IMG/VR virus record: IMGVR_UViG_3300014204_000175
Span: 6,784 to 70,783 of that record
Strand: one strand, 5' to 3'
Length of the DNA: 64,000 nt
Origin: a virus
Lineage: Duplodnaviria; Caudoviricetes
A program made the translations under genes and the position numbers. The notes below the pieces were generated by a model. That model saw nothing but the letters and a program-made list of their open reading frames with translations, ran no database searches and was not told where the DNA came from. How positions within the stretch are numbered: position 1 is the first letter of the stretch; each line of letters opens with the position of its first letter. Positions 46,597-55,774 of the stretch are shown one piece after another.

Positions 46597-46625
46597 ACTA
46601 TACCCCGTTTTTCTAAAATCTCTGA
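46597..46625 (-). promoter_or_regulatory. Putative internal promoter (GATTTTAGAAAAACGGGG-TATAGT)
   Basis: Resembles the other intergenic motifs in this window. Confidence 0.4.
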
Positions 46626-46640
46626 CAAATCTACAAGTAA

Positions 46641-47645
46641 TTATTCCTGCGGCATTGGATAGTGCTCATCCAACTCATCAATATCTTCCTGCGACAAAAT
46701 CAACTTTGCTGCCTCCATATTGATTCTTAGGTGGTCAAGATCATTTGTCCTTGGTATCGGGACAACGCCTGGCATCCGTAAAATCCAAGCCAAAGCGACT
46801 TGCGATGTCGTGGCATCATGTCGTTTTGCTATTTCAGTTAAAACTGGCTTATTCATTTTTTTAAAATCCTGCCCAAGCGGACTGTATGCAATAACTATAA
46901 TACCACGGGCCTGACAATATGGAAGCAAACACGATTCGATTCTCCTGTCGAGCAAAGAATAACTAACCTGCACGGACTGTATAACATCCCCAGAATAATC
47001 GGATAAAAAACGCTGCATACTCTCAATCATATCGACAGAACAATTTCCCAACCCAAAAGAAGAAATTTTTCCAGACCTCCGCAGATCAACCAAAATCTTT
47101 CCCAATGTTTCATTAGAGTACGATTCATTGGGGAAATGTATTTGTAAATGAGGAGAAATGCCAAGCTTCCCGATTGAACGATCAACAGCCGACCTGAAGG
47201 CCAATTGACTCATGTGATCCCGTCTAATTTTCGTAGATACAACAACAGGATTTTCCAATTTGCAAATTGTTTTCCCCAGCTCTGTCTCAACTCTGCCGTA
47301 ACCATAACCCTCAGCTGTATCAATCAATGACACACCAAGATCCGCTGCCATTTCAATTATTCGATAATCATACTTCCACCCATAGGTTCCCAACCCTACT
47401 GAAAAACTAGGAAGTGGCCGTGGACGACAGCCAATATCAGATAAATCCAAAAGGCTTTTGACCCGGCAAATTGAATAATCAATCATTCTCTGCCGATCTT
47501 TTTTCAAGCAATCATTTACTGTAGTGTAGCGATAGTTCAAGCCCCACATAGATCCGTGAAGGGTATCTGCGGTAAATGGTCCTGACAACACAGACTTACC
47601 TTCTTTCAATGCTTCCAATTCTTTCAGAACTTCTTCCCAGATCAT
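46641..47645 (-). CDS. Aldo/keto reductase
   Basis: VGLGT, IDTAEGYG.G..E..LG, STK, GKI..FGL.N, Q..YSLLDR, IAYSPLG and SQVALAW...PIP. Confidence 0.92.
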   Translation of the reverse strand: MIWEEVLKELEALKEGKSVLSGPFTADTLHGSMWGLNYRYTTVNDCLKKDRQRMIDYSICRVKSLLDLSDIGCRPRPLPSFSVGLGTYGWKYDYRIIEMAADLGVSLIDTAEGYGYGRVETELGKTICKLENPVVVSTKIRRDHMSQLAFRSAVDRSIGKLGISPHLQIHFPNESYSNETLGKILVDLRRSGKISSFGLGNCSVDMIESMQRFLSDYSGDVIQSVQVSYSLLDRRIESCLLPYCQARGIIVIAYSPLGQDFKKMNKPVLTEIAKRHDATTSQVALAWILRMPGVVPIPRTNDLDHLRINMEAAKLILSQEDIDELDEHYPMPQE

Positions 47646-48367
47646 AGATCAAGAAATCCTTCCAGCTTCACAAAAGCAGAATCTTTGTATGGCTTGATCC
47701 CTCTACACAATGACAATTTTGATGGGGGGACATATTCAATTTCTTTCCCATCTGCAAATCCATACAAGACAATTGCTGAATTGCTAAATGAAGAAACGGC
47801 CAAAACTCTCTTCCCTCCTAAAACCGATCTCATCTCCTTGTCCAACAGCTCATAATACTCGTGTTCTGTTTTTATTCCATAATGCTTGATATTTCCAAAC
47901 TTGAACCCAAAACAAGCGCTATCCGCAATCATAAGAAACCTGGTTGTTGGCGCAATGCGTTCCAAGGGGCCTATGTGTTGGTGCAATTTCCGAAGCGTAA
48001 AAGCATCAAAGTCAAGAAAAAAGACATCTGATTCAGGAGGTTCCCAAAGATTTATATCATTTGCTTGGATGTTTTGATTCTGGAAATTCTTTTTCAAAAT
48101 ATCAAAACAAGCAGTATCAGATTCGTTCATTATAAGATTGCAATCAGGCCAATGATTGAGGAAAACTGCCCCCCAAAACCCTGATCTTGATATCCCATCA
48201 ATCACCCGCAACCCATTCTTGATAGGAATTTTGGCAATGACAGCATCAAGATTTCTGCATGTTTCTGCACAATCCCTCCAAGAAACTACTTGGTGCGGCG
48301 TCCAGCCAACCTTCCTGCCTCCGCCATCGGGAATATTCAACCTATAGCTGCCAATAGTATAAATCAT
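47642..48367 (-). CDS. Putative SAM-dependent methyltransferase-like Rossmann protein
   Basis: VIDGISRSG (motif I-like), IMNESD, ANDI and VFFLDFD (motif IV-like, lacking DPPY). Confidence 0.45.
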   Translation of the reverse strand: MIYTIGSYRLNIPDGGGRKVGWTPHQVVSWRDCAETCRNLDAVIAKIPIKNGLRVIDGISRSGFWGAVFLNHWPDCNLIMNESDTACFDILKKNFQNQNIQANDINLWEPPESDVFFLDFDAFTLRKLHQHIGPLERIAPTTRFLMIADSACFGFKFGNIKHYGIKTEHEYYELLDKEMRSVLGGKRVLAVSSFSNSAIVLYGFADGKEIEYVPPSKLSLCRGIKPYKDSAFVKLEGFLDL

Positions 48368-49419
48368 AATTCAACGTCCCCCATTGTATAAAAATCATTC
48401 GACTTTCCCAACATAATCAACCTTGCCATTTCTTTGTCTTGTTCTGCACCAATCCCCTCCCAGGAACTGGCCAATATTTCCTCCTGGCTCATGAGCCCAT
48501 TCTGTAAACAGATCTTCCATTGATGGGTATTGAAAGTAAATGCTCCAGGAACATCAACTCCACAACATGTATTTGTTCTCGATCGCCAACCTTTCGGGGT
48601 ATTAACAAAATCAGGGCAACCCAAAATTATCCCCTCTTCGTCTGCAATTCGGCACAAATCTCTTTGAATTGGTCTCCAGAACTCATCCTGGTTGTAATGC
48701 CAAATCTTCTCAATGTCCATTCCGGCATCATGCAAACGGCGCATTGTGTAGGCGTTAACGTGTAAATTATATGTATTATAGGACTTAAATCCAAATGATT
48801 TGACCCGACGGATGGTATTGCGAAATTGAGCAAGTGTATGATAACCAGGGATGAATGGTTCTCCCCTTACACCAACAGCCACACCCTTACGCATCCATTT
48901 AGACGCTATCTCAAGCCGGTCTGAGACACAAGGAGTCCGCCTCCGCTCAAATATTTCCCAATCACTTTCCATTCCTGGAGTAATTTCTACCAAAAAAGTC
49001 AAAAGATTTTTGGCCTTAATAAAAAGAGATTCGTCACGATCGGCATTAGGAATATAACGAGAACAAATGATAAATTGTTGTTTGAAATGTATGAATGTAT
49101 GAATGTATGATCTTGTTATCTCCAATTCCATCTCTATTGGTTGATATGGATCGGATTTCCGGCCAACCCAAATAGCTTTTTTTAATTTTAGCGCAACAGA
49201 CAATGGAGACTTGCCATTGTTTTTGCTTGCCGATATGAATTTCTGTCTTACTTTTTCAGGATCGGCAATTCTTTGTTCCTCTCCCCATATTCGATTAAGA
49301 TTGCGCCCCATACAATGCAAACAATCGGCTTCACAATTCCAATAGGCTTCCAAAGTCAAAGGAAGGGGACAATTTAAATGGGTATTCCGGATGCAAAAGG
49401 GGTTTTTGTATTCTATCAT
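48364..49419 (-). CDS. Radical SAM enzyme 3 (SPL-like)
   Basis: NCPLPLTLEAYWNCEADCLHC, GRKSDPYQP, RGEPFIP and late TCCG. Confidence 0.88.
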   Translation of the reverse strand: MIEYKNPFCIRNTHLNCPLPLTLEAYWNCEADCLHCMGRNLNRIWGEEQRIADPEKVRQKFISASKNNGKSPLSVALKLKKAIWVGRKSDPYQPIEMELEITRSYIHTFIHFKQQFIICSRYIPNADRDESLFIKAKNLLTFLVEITPGMESDWEIFERRRTPCVSDRLEIASKWMRKGVAVGVRGEPFIPGYHTLAQFRNTIRRVKSFGFKSYNTYNLHVNAYTMRRLHDAGMDIEKIWHYNQDEFWRPIQRDLCRIADEEGIILGCPDFVNTPKGWRSRTNTCCGVDVPGAFTFNTHQWKICLQNGLMSQEEILASSWEGIGAEQDKEMARLIMLGKSNDFYTMGDVEL

Positions 49420-49435
49420 TCTGGTATCATCTATA

Positions 49436-49471
49436 TTTTTGAGGGAGTGTTTTTATGCACTCCCTCAAAAA
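49436..49471. terminator. Rho-independent terminator, bidirectional-type
   Basis: TTTTT-GAGGGAGTG-loop-CACTCCCTC-AAAAA. Confidence 0.8.
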
Positions 49472-49495
49472 TTTGATCTGGTTGCAAAAAAACAT

Positions 49496-50041
49496 TTAAG
49501 CAGGAAGGATGTTATTGCCATCAACCCTTACTTTCCCGAATCTGATGGCGACGGGCATCATAACACTAATCAGATGCTTTGTCTGCTTTGCATTATCCTT
49601 TCCTCCCGATGCCATATAATCATTGTTTGTTGCAATGACAAGCTCATCAATGGTACAAGCCCCCTTCAACTGATTAATAGAATCGCAGAAAGACTCGACT
49701 CTGGTTTTTCCTCTCAGGGGTTTCTCTTTCTTGACCTTCGGTTCTTTGGGTGCTTTTGGTTCCTTTTTTGCTTTCTCTGCCTTGGGAGGCTTTTCTGCCA
49801 CTTCCTCGGCAATCGTAATTGCCTGATAATAAACCGCTGCCGCTTCCGGACCGGTCCAATTCCCCTCATCATCATCCGGGATGGCCTGGACATTTTCCAA
49901 GAAGGATTTGATCAAGTCGTCTTTGGACTTGCCAACCGTGATGATTTTGTTTTCCAGTTTCCCGCTGTCATTGAGTTCCTTGATGGCCTTTGCCAACTCT
50001 TTGAATTTGATCTTTTCTACTTCGATTGTTTTGACTGGCAT
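49496..50041 (-). CDS. Hypothetical Lys/Glu/Pro-rich protein
   Basis: Start moved to MPVKTIEV (AAGGAG RBS); KAPKEPK linker suggests DNA binding. Confidence 0.6.
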   Translation of the reverse strand: MPVKTIEVEKIKFKELAKAIKELNDSGKLENKIITVGKSKDDLIKSFLENVQAIPDDDEGNWTGPEAAAVYYQAITIAEEVAEKPPKAEKAKKEPKAPKEPKVKKEKPLRGKTRVESFCDSINQLKGACTIDELVIATNNDYMASGGKDNAKQTKHLISVMMPVAIRFGKVRVDGNNILPA

Positions 50042-50076
50042 TGTTTCGCTCTCCTTTTTGTATTTTTGCAATATGG

Positions 50077-50256
50077 TTATTTGTTCTTGGCCACAGTTAC
50101 CGACACGCGGACTGCCTGGGCATCCGCCTTCAAATCCTGCATTGCATTCCTTACCCTGGTACCAGCAGATTTATTCCCTGCATCAAACTTCTCGGCATCC
50201 TTGAGCGCTTCCTCCAATTTCTCGCTCATTTCACTTACCAAACTTGCCACGCTCAT
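50077..50256 (-). CDS. Histone H1-like protein, Hc1 family (59 aa)
   Basis: Not in the ORF track. DAEKFDAGNKSAGTRVRNAMQDLKADAQAVR matches the KF..GNK.AGTR.R Hc1 motif; AAGGAG RBS. Confidence 0.8.
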   Translation of the reverse strand: MSVASLVSEMSEKLEEALKDAEKFDAGNKSAGTRVRNAMQDLKADAQAVRVSVTVAKNK

Positions 50257-50297
50257 TTTCAGTCTCCTTTTTAATGTTATTTTCTTTTCTTGAACTT

Positions 50298-50327
50298 ATT
50301 ATACTCTAATTTTCAAAAAATCATAAA
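50298..50327 (-). promoter_or_regulatory. Putative promoter TTTATG-18-TATAAT
   Basis: Intergenic, upstream of the Hc1 gene. Confidence 0.55.
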
Positions 50328-50343
50328 TTTATTTTGATAAGTT

Positions 50344-51873
50344 TTAATTTATTTTGACGTACTCGTCGTCCAGGAACGGCTGACCCAATGCAAATGACTG
50401 TAATACCATCGCTTCTCCAGAAAAAGAAAACTCTTCGTGACGGTGAGCAATAACACTAATCCTTGAAACACCCTGTTCCTTTTCTTCTGGTTTTTGATTA
50501 ATCGCCAGCAATAAATCCACGTGGGCACCCTTTCTAATGTCCTCTGCAGTATCTTCCTGCTCCAAATTCTTTTTGCTAATAGATTTTCTATTGCTTTGAA
50601 GAACGGTAGCCACTAAACAATGGCGCTTGGATGCCTGACCCTTTCCCCTCTTCCAAACATAATCAGAAACTCCACGTTCAGAAAGTCCACCAACGCCTCC
50701 TCCAGGATTAGAAATATCAAAATAATCGTAGGCAATAACATCTGGAATAAACCCACCCTGAGACTCCAACTCATCAAGATCCCTTTCAGCGTCATCAAAA
50801 GATGCCGAAAAAGCTGGATATGCCATCACCCGCAAATTGTTGCCGTACAGCATCCTGAAATCTTTTACCTTCCTCGCGACAGTTCTGGAATCAAATTCCT
50901 TTACTTGCCGCTGAACCGACCACCAGGTGGCAACCTCATATTGACCGTTTTTTGTTCCTCTGCAAGCCGTACATGGTTTGTAACCATCGAACTTTTTGAA
51001 TTCTGGGGTGGGAGCTGCCGGCGCTTTAATCGCGACATCACAGACCCGTCCTTGTCGTTTGCACGTCCCATCCTGATTCCGTTGACAATCAAATATGGGG
51101 AACTTGTGATCGCCGGTTTTTGATGCCAATGCAGAAAGTCGTTTGTATAATCGTTTTGATACGGCATTGCGGTTCATTTCAAATGAAAAATAAGCCACCT
51201 TCAAACCATTCATCAATGCGTGAATTGCCAATTCCTGTAACCACCAAGACTTTCCCCTCTTAAGGGGAGCCATAAATGCAACCAACCAATCGCGTTCCAG
51301 ATCACCAACCATTTCTCCAAGTGCTCCGGAAAAACGGAAAAGCTTATTCGACTCGTCGTCTTGAAAAACCGTATCAACAGCAGATACCTCAAGCGGATTG
51401 AACCAATTGCTAATATCCTTTGATATTCTATTAAAATTCCTAATCTCCGCTTCGGCCTGGTCAACCCGGCCCTTGGCAACTTCTCCGCTTATTTTCTCAG
51501 CCAACAAAACCAGCGCCCTTTGCCGGAAATAATCACGCGATTGGTCAACAAGTAACGCATAGTTGGCCTTTTTCTCTGCTTCATATTGATCCGACAAATT
51601 GGACAGAAAAACCTTAATCAATTCCGCATCAGCTGAATTCAAGCCATCTTTTTCAACCGCGAATATATTTTGGATTTCTTTGCCTGGAGCTTTTTTGTAG
51701 AGTTTGAAATAATCAGCACACCAGAGAAAAACTTGACGTGAAAAATCACCCTTGAAATATTGCTTCTTTGCCATTTTTGTTAACTGGCTACAATAATTGT
51801 CGTCTGTTATGAGTCCTGTTATAATCCTTTTTTCTATTTCCGCATTGATGATATTCCTACGAATCGAAACCAA
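50344..51873 (-). CDS. Replicative DNA helicase, DnaB-like
   Basis: Walker A APLKRGKS, FSFEM, DVIAYDY, QSNR and AEDIRK...D motifs. Confidence 0.88.
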   Translation of the reverse strand: MVSIRRNIINAEIEKRIITGLITDDNYCSQLTKMAKKQYFKGDFSRQVFLWCADYFKLYKKAPGKEIQNIFAVEKDGLNSADAELIKVFLSNLSDQYEAEKKANYALLVDQSRDYFRQRALVLLAEKISGEVAKGRVDQAEAEIRNFNRISKDISNWFNPLEVSAVDTVFQDDESNKLFRFSGALGEMVGDLERDWLVAFMAPLKRGKSWWLQELAIHALMNGLKVAYFSFEMNRNAVSKRLYKRLSALASKTGDHKFPIFDCQRNQDGTCKRQGRVCDVAIKAPAAPTPEFKKFDGYKPCTACRGTKNGQYEVATWWSVQRQVKEFDSRTVARKVKDFRMLYGNNLRVMAYPAFSASFDDAERDLDELESQGGFIPDVIAYDYFDISNPGGGVGGLSERGVSDYVWKRGKGQASKRHCLVATVLQSNRKSISKKNLEQEDTAEDIRKGAHVDLLLAINQKPEEKEQGVSRISVIAHRHEEFSFSGEAMVLQSFALGQPFLDDEYVKIN

Positions 51874-51888
51874 ACCCCACCTCCCGGA

Positions 51889-53310
51889 TTAAATAAAATC
51901 TGCATCTGTTAACGATTCCATACCAGATTCTTCCTTTTTTGCCTTCTCGTATTCAGAGCCCATAACCATCCGTTCATATGTTGCTGCGCTTGCTCTGGCG
52001 CAACCTGGAACAATATAACCAATCTCCCTCAAATACAAATCCAAATCAATCTTGAAAAAATCCTCTGATTGCGCCCAATATGGAACGACTCCAAAATCAT
52101 AATTCTTTTTTTCTGATAACATCCTCCATATCAATTTGGCGCAAGTCGCCGGATATCCATGACGATGAATTGTATCATCGCGGAAATCCTTAACATTGAT
52201 AAAATAATCATACGACCTTTCTGCTATTTTCCGCAAAATGTTTTCTTCCCGGATTGTGAATACCTTCCGTTCACCCGGCCATTCATATTTCAAGGAGGCG
52301 GTAATATCTGGTTGCTTATCCTTTTGGACAAAACCATATTTGGCCTCAAGATCATCCCATTTCATCAAACATTCTTCAAACCACGACTTGATATCTATTT
52401 TGATCTTTTTCAATTGATCCTTTAAATATGGCGACGGTCGCATAAAATCTCCCAAGCTGACAATCATCCCATTGTAAGAAAATGACGTTTTGGGGTTTTC
52501 CAAATTTATCAAACTACGGTATTGTTTCATCGCCAGTTTTATCTGATCTGGTTTATAACCCTGATTCAAACGATAATCAAGGTTTTCCAAACCATTCTTG
52601 AAAACTTTTTTCTTTATATCCAACAAATGACGTGGTATAGGTTTCCCCAAAGTGTTCCAATATACAAATAGTTCTTTTGCTTCTATGGTATACCCCGGTA
52701 ATAAAAGGAACTGGCCTTCAGTTAACAAAGTTGATTGCTTCTGACCACCATCTCTATTTATTTTCATTTTAAGTTTTGGTTGTTTGGTATCTAACAAAGT
52801 TTGGCGTGCATGTTTTTCATTTATTGTGGGCAATGCGAAGCCATTGCCTTCACCTTTAGGTGAAGCTACTTTTAAATCCTTATTATTAATAGTAGGTGTT
52901 TCGCCAGTATGTGGGATTCCCTTAGAGTGGGAATTATCATTTTGGTACAGATTCCAATCCGTTTTTTTTAATTCTTCAGCGGCTTGTTGGTTGGTTTTTG
53001 GTAGCTCAGTTATATAATAACCCCAGCATTCCATTTGTTGCTTCGTGTTCCTTTTATATGTTCTGAATAAGTATCCGCACTTTTGCAATTCCTTCATGCC
53101 TGTTTGAATTGATTCCCAACCATCTGTAAATTTATTTATGAGATCTGTTTTGTTCAAATCCCAACCGTCTGGTTTTGACATGATGTAAAAGTATAATCCC
53201 TTCGCCTTTAAACTCAATCTGTCGTCGTTTATGCACGTCAGGTCAAGGGTCTTGTAATTTTCTTTGTGTTCCGTTCTGGATGCTACCAAATTTGGATGGA
53301 TGCTGCTCAT
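51889..53310 (-). CDS. Replication initiator / replisome organiser with N-terminal winged HTH
   Basis: NYKTLD...DDRLSLKAKGLY.YIMSKPDGW...L...F.DG..SI..GMKEL...GYL. Confidence 0.75.
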   Translation of the reverse strand: MSSIHPNLVASRTEHKENYKTLDLTCINDDRLSLKAKGLYFYIMSKPDGWDLNKTDLINKFTDGWESIQTGMKELQKCGYLFRTYKRNTKQQMECWGYYITELPKTNQQAAEELKKTDWNLYQNDNSHSKGIPHTGETPTINNKDLKVASPKGEGNGFALPTINEKHARQTLLDTKQPKLKMKINRDGGQKQSTLLTEGQFLLLPGYTIEAKELFVYWNTLGKPIPRHLLDIKKKVFKNGLENLDYRLNQGYKPDQIKLAMKQYRSLINLENPKTSFSYNGMIVSLGDFMRPSPYLKDQLKKIKIDIKSWFEECLMKWDDLEAKYGFVQKDKQPDITASLKYEWPGERKVFTIREENILRKIAERSYDYFINVKDFRDDTIHRHGYPATCAKLIWRMLSEKKNYDFGVVPYWAQSEDFFKIDLDLYLREIGYIVPGCARASAATYERMVMGSEYEKAKKEESGMESLTDADFI

Positions 53311-53330
53311 GACGGCCTCCTGCAGTTTAC

Positions 53331-53600
53331 TTATGAGAAATTCTCCGGGGATACATTATATTTTTTACAATATGCAGCCCTCTTCTTGATATTTTGCTCT
53401 TTGATTGATTCTTCGGTGTTGCTTTGCAAAAAATCATTGCAATATTTGACAATTTCTTTGACATCGTCTCTGGTAGGAAGTTCTATGTGAAGCAGGAAAC
53501 TGATGTCAACAACTTTGCCCTCCTTTCTCCAAATTCCAAATGCAACTTCTGTTCTGGATTGCAACCCGCTGTCTTTGATGATTCTTTCTTTTGTTGGCAT
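53331..53600 (-). CDS. Hypothetical protein
   Basis: 89 aa with AAGGAGG RBS. Confidence 0.6.
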   Translation of the reverse strand: MPTKERIIKDSGLQSRTEVAFGIWRKEGKVVDISFLLHIELPTRDDVKEIVKYCNDFLQSNTEESIKEQNIKKRAAYCKKYNVSPENFS

Positions 53601-53614
53601 CCCGGCCTCCTTAT

Positions 53615-54310
53615 TTAATTTTCCTTCAATTTATCGTGAAATTTTCCGTGACAAAATTCGCACAATACTATTAAATCATTTTTTATGTTATACCCGTCCA
53701 ATTCTTGGCCTCTGCGTTCATAAGTTTTGTGATGAACATTTAAAATGTCCTTATTAGAATTGCAAACGCCGCAACGGTATCCAGATAATTTCAATGCCCT
53801 CCTTCTAACTCCTTTCCAATGATTTGTTTCAAGATATTGGGAATAAGGCATACTTTTCAAAATCAATATTTGTTCTTCCTGCAGTAATTGCGCCCTCTTT
53901 CTTTCCTTCGCTGCGGACTCTCTCAATCTGCTCGTTTCCCTTTTGCACTCAGCACAAGAAAAATAATGATTTCCCGTCTCTTTTTGTTTTAACAACTTTT
54001 TATATTCTGTAATCGACTTGTATTCCACCCGTATTGGGGATTTGCATGCAAAGCAGTCAAAACTCATTGCCCTGTCTGACGATATAATAGATTTCATTTC
54101 TTTGTAAGATAAATTGCAACAATTGATAAAAAACGAAAGAGGAAAATACTTTCCCCAATAAAGTTCTTTGACAAATTCATAATCATTTGGAAATTCGTTT
54201 AGGTGGCAAGCGGCCAAATCCTCTGCTACAGATTTGAGCCGTTCTATTCTGTCTTGAAGTCTGCTTATTTTAATGAAGCAATCATAAATATTTTCTCTTT
54301 CGTTTGCCAA
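53615..54310 (-). CDS. HNH endonuclease domain protein
   Basis: C-terminal YLETNHWK..RR......RCGVC...NVHHKTY...LCEFCH. Probable TTG start downstream of GGAGG. Confidence 0.8.
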   Translation of the reverse strand: MANERENIYDCFIKISRLQDRIERLKSVAEDLAACHLNEFPNDYEFVKELYWGKYFPLSFFINCCNLSYKEMKSIISSDRAMSFDCFACKSPIRVEYKSITEYKKLLKQKETGNHYFSCAECKRETSRLRESAAKERKRAQLLQEEQILILKSMPYSQYLETNHWKGVRRRALKLSGYRCGVCNSNKDILNVHHKTYERRGQELDGYNIKNDLIVLCEFCHGKFHDKLKEN

Positions 54311-54330
54311 AGCTATTTTATCGCCTCCAT

Positions 54331-54453
54331 AAAATAAAAAACCCTTTACGGCTGGACTCAAGATCATCGTAAACAGACAGACATACGACGAACTTGATTT
54401 TCCGGACCAAGATCGTCAGAAACCAACGACCTTGAGTCCATGCGTAAAGGGTT
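54331..54453 (-). promoter_or_regulatory. Large structured leader / attenuator
   Basis: Nested inverted repeats AACCCTTTACG/CGTAAAGGGTT (54340-54350/54443-54453) and TGGACTCAAG/CTTGAGTCCA (54353-54362/54431-54440), followed by a U-tract and then an RBS. Confidence 0.6.
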
Positions 54454-54544
54454 TGTCTTTGTCTATCTGTTTGCCTTCTTTAACATACCAAGGAGGGTTG
54501 CCGGAAACTTCCCCTTGACTTAATTATACCTATTTTTCTAAGTT

Positions 54545-55486
54545 TTAAAAGATATTTTTTCGGAAAATAAGCTCACGGATTTCTTGAGCTTCTTGTAAAG
54601 ATAGGTCTGCAGGGTCACCTTTTTCTAACTCCAACACTTCCACATAAGGGAACAGCTGGCACAAATTATCAGCCAGCTCATTTGCCTGTTGAGTGGCATC
54701 TGAGTCATACATAACAAAAACCCGCTTTGGCCGCTTCCGCACCAGTAGTTCCATTTGTTCCTTTGTCATGTGTTTTCTGAATGTCGCTATAAACCCATCT
54801 CCCATACGCCAAACATCCGTCACGCCTTCCACTATGACGGCAACATCATTCACGGAGTCCATATTGTACAAGCAGTGGCTTATTGGCAGAATGGATTCTT
54901 CTTCTGTGCAATTTATGTATTTGACAACACCTTCATGCCGTAATGTTGCAGCACCTAAAAATGCAACCATCTTCCCGTTGAGAAATATGGGCACAATAAT
55001 CCTGAATTTATACTTTTGTTCGCCAATATTGTAGACAGCCTGCAATTTATATTTTTTGAGTAAATAATCCGGGTCAAAACCCCGGCTGATTAAATAATTG
55101 CGGTGGGGCTGCGGCAGATTTGTCAATATCCCTTTCGGCAACATTAAAAATCGCTTGTTAGGCTGTTCAGGTTGGCGCAGGTTGGGCGTCATACCCTCCA
55201 ACTGGGTAAGGGTCCCATCCTGGATATATGGCTGTATGATTTTGCCTATATTCTTACCCTGGAAAACTTCCATCTCACGGAGTAGCTTTGTGATGAAACC
55301 TTTTTCACCGCAAACCCAACACTGCCAAATCGGTTTGTAGATATTAACACAGCAATGGAAGGCGGCATTCCCACAGAATGGGCAAACCTCAAGGTTGAGG
55401 TCGCCCCGCGCTACATTCTTGCCCTTTGCCCTGTAACTGATGTCATAGGCATCCATCAGTCCCTTGATGTCAAGGCTGTCGATCAT
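54545..55486 (-). CDS. DNA primase (zinc finger + TOPRIM)
   Basis: CPFC...C..C zinc domain, VIVEGVTD and MYDSD. Start moved to MIDSLD (ATGA overlap). Confidence 0.9.
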   Translation of the reverse strand: MIDSLDIKGLMDAYDISYRAKGKNVARGDLNLEVCPFCGNAAFHCCVNIYKPIWQCWVCGEKGFITKLLREMEVFQGKNIGKIIQPYIQDGTLTQLEGMTPNLRQPEQPNKRFLMLPKGILTNLPQPHRNYLISRGFDPDYLLKKYKLQAVYNIGEQKYKFRIIVPIFLNGKMVAFLGAATLRHEGVVKYINCTEEESILPISHCLYNMDSVNDVAVIVEGVTDVWRMGDGFIATFRKHMTKEQMELLVRKRPKRVFVMYDSDATQQANELADNLCQLFPYVEVLELEKGDPADLSLQEAQEIRELIFRKNIF

Positions 55487-55704
55487 TTGGCTGTCGCAAA
55501 CCATTCGCGCAAATCGTGAAGAATCACCGAAGCTCGCATATTGTCCGAAACCTCTCGTTCCAGTTCGCGCACCCGTTTTGCAAGTTTGAATGGGTTGTGG
55601 CAGCACTCTTGAATTGTTACTGGAACCATCACGCCAAACTTCTTCTGGGGTGGGCACCATGGGCAAAGGATGCCCTGATTTTTATCGTGTTTCATTTCTT
55701 CCAT
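55483..55704 (-). CDS. Hypothetical protein
   Basis: 73 aa with AAGGAGG RBS. Confidence 0.6.
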   Translation of the reverse strand: MEEMKHDKNQGILCPWCPPQKKFGVMVPVTIQECCHNPFKLAKRVRELEREVSDNMRASVILHDLREWFATAK

Positions 55705-55722
55705 GTTGGCCTCCTTGCAACT

Positions 55723-55752
55723 ATTATATTCCCACTTTCAAAAATCCATCAA
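55723..55752 (-). promoter_or_regulatory. Putative promoter TTGATG-18-TATAAT
   Basis: Same -35 and spacing as 24987-25016. Confidence 0.6.
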
Positions 55753-55774
55753 CTTTTTATGGCAAGCGAGTCTT

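Noticed and set aside
49086-49109. AATGTATG x3 tandem repeat inside rSAM 3
   Set aside because: It totals 24 nt with the reading frame intact and is too short to argue for a contingency locus.
41612-49419. 7-deazaguanine (QueE-type rSAM) or known 5hmU-based hypermodification pathway
   Set aside because: No FolE/QueD/QueC/DpdA, dUMP hydroxymethylase, 5hmU kinase or aGPT-Pplase motifs were recognised, and the rSAMs are SPL-like in size and motifs rather than QueE-like.
49391-50293. 300-aa plus-strand ORF, and other long plus-strand ORFs (41528-42442, 34245-34988, 6893-7612)
   Set aside because: They are antisense shadows of well-supported minus-strand genes, with no RBS, no motifs and Phe/Leu-rich composition typical of reverse frames.
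51889-53310. Replication-origin iterons inside the initiator gene
   Set aside because: Expected by analogy with lambdoid initiators, but I could not identify convincing repeats by eye.
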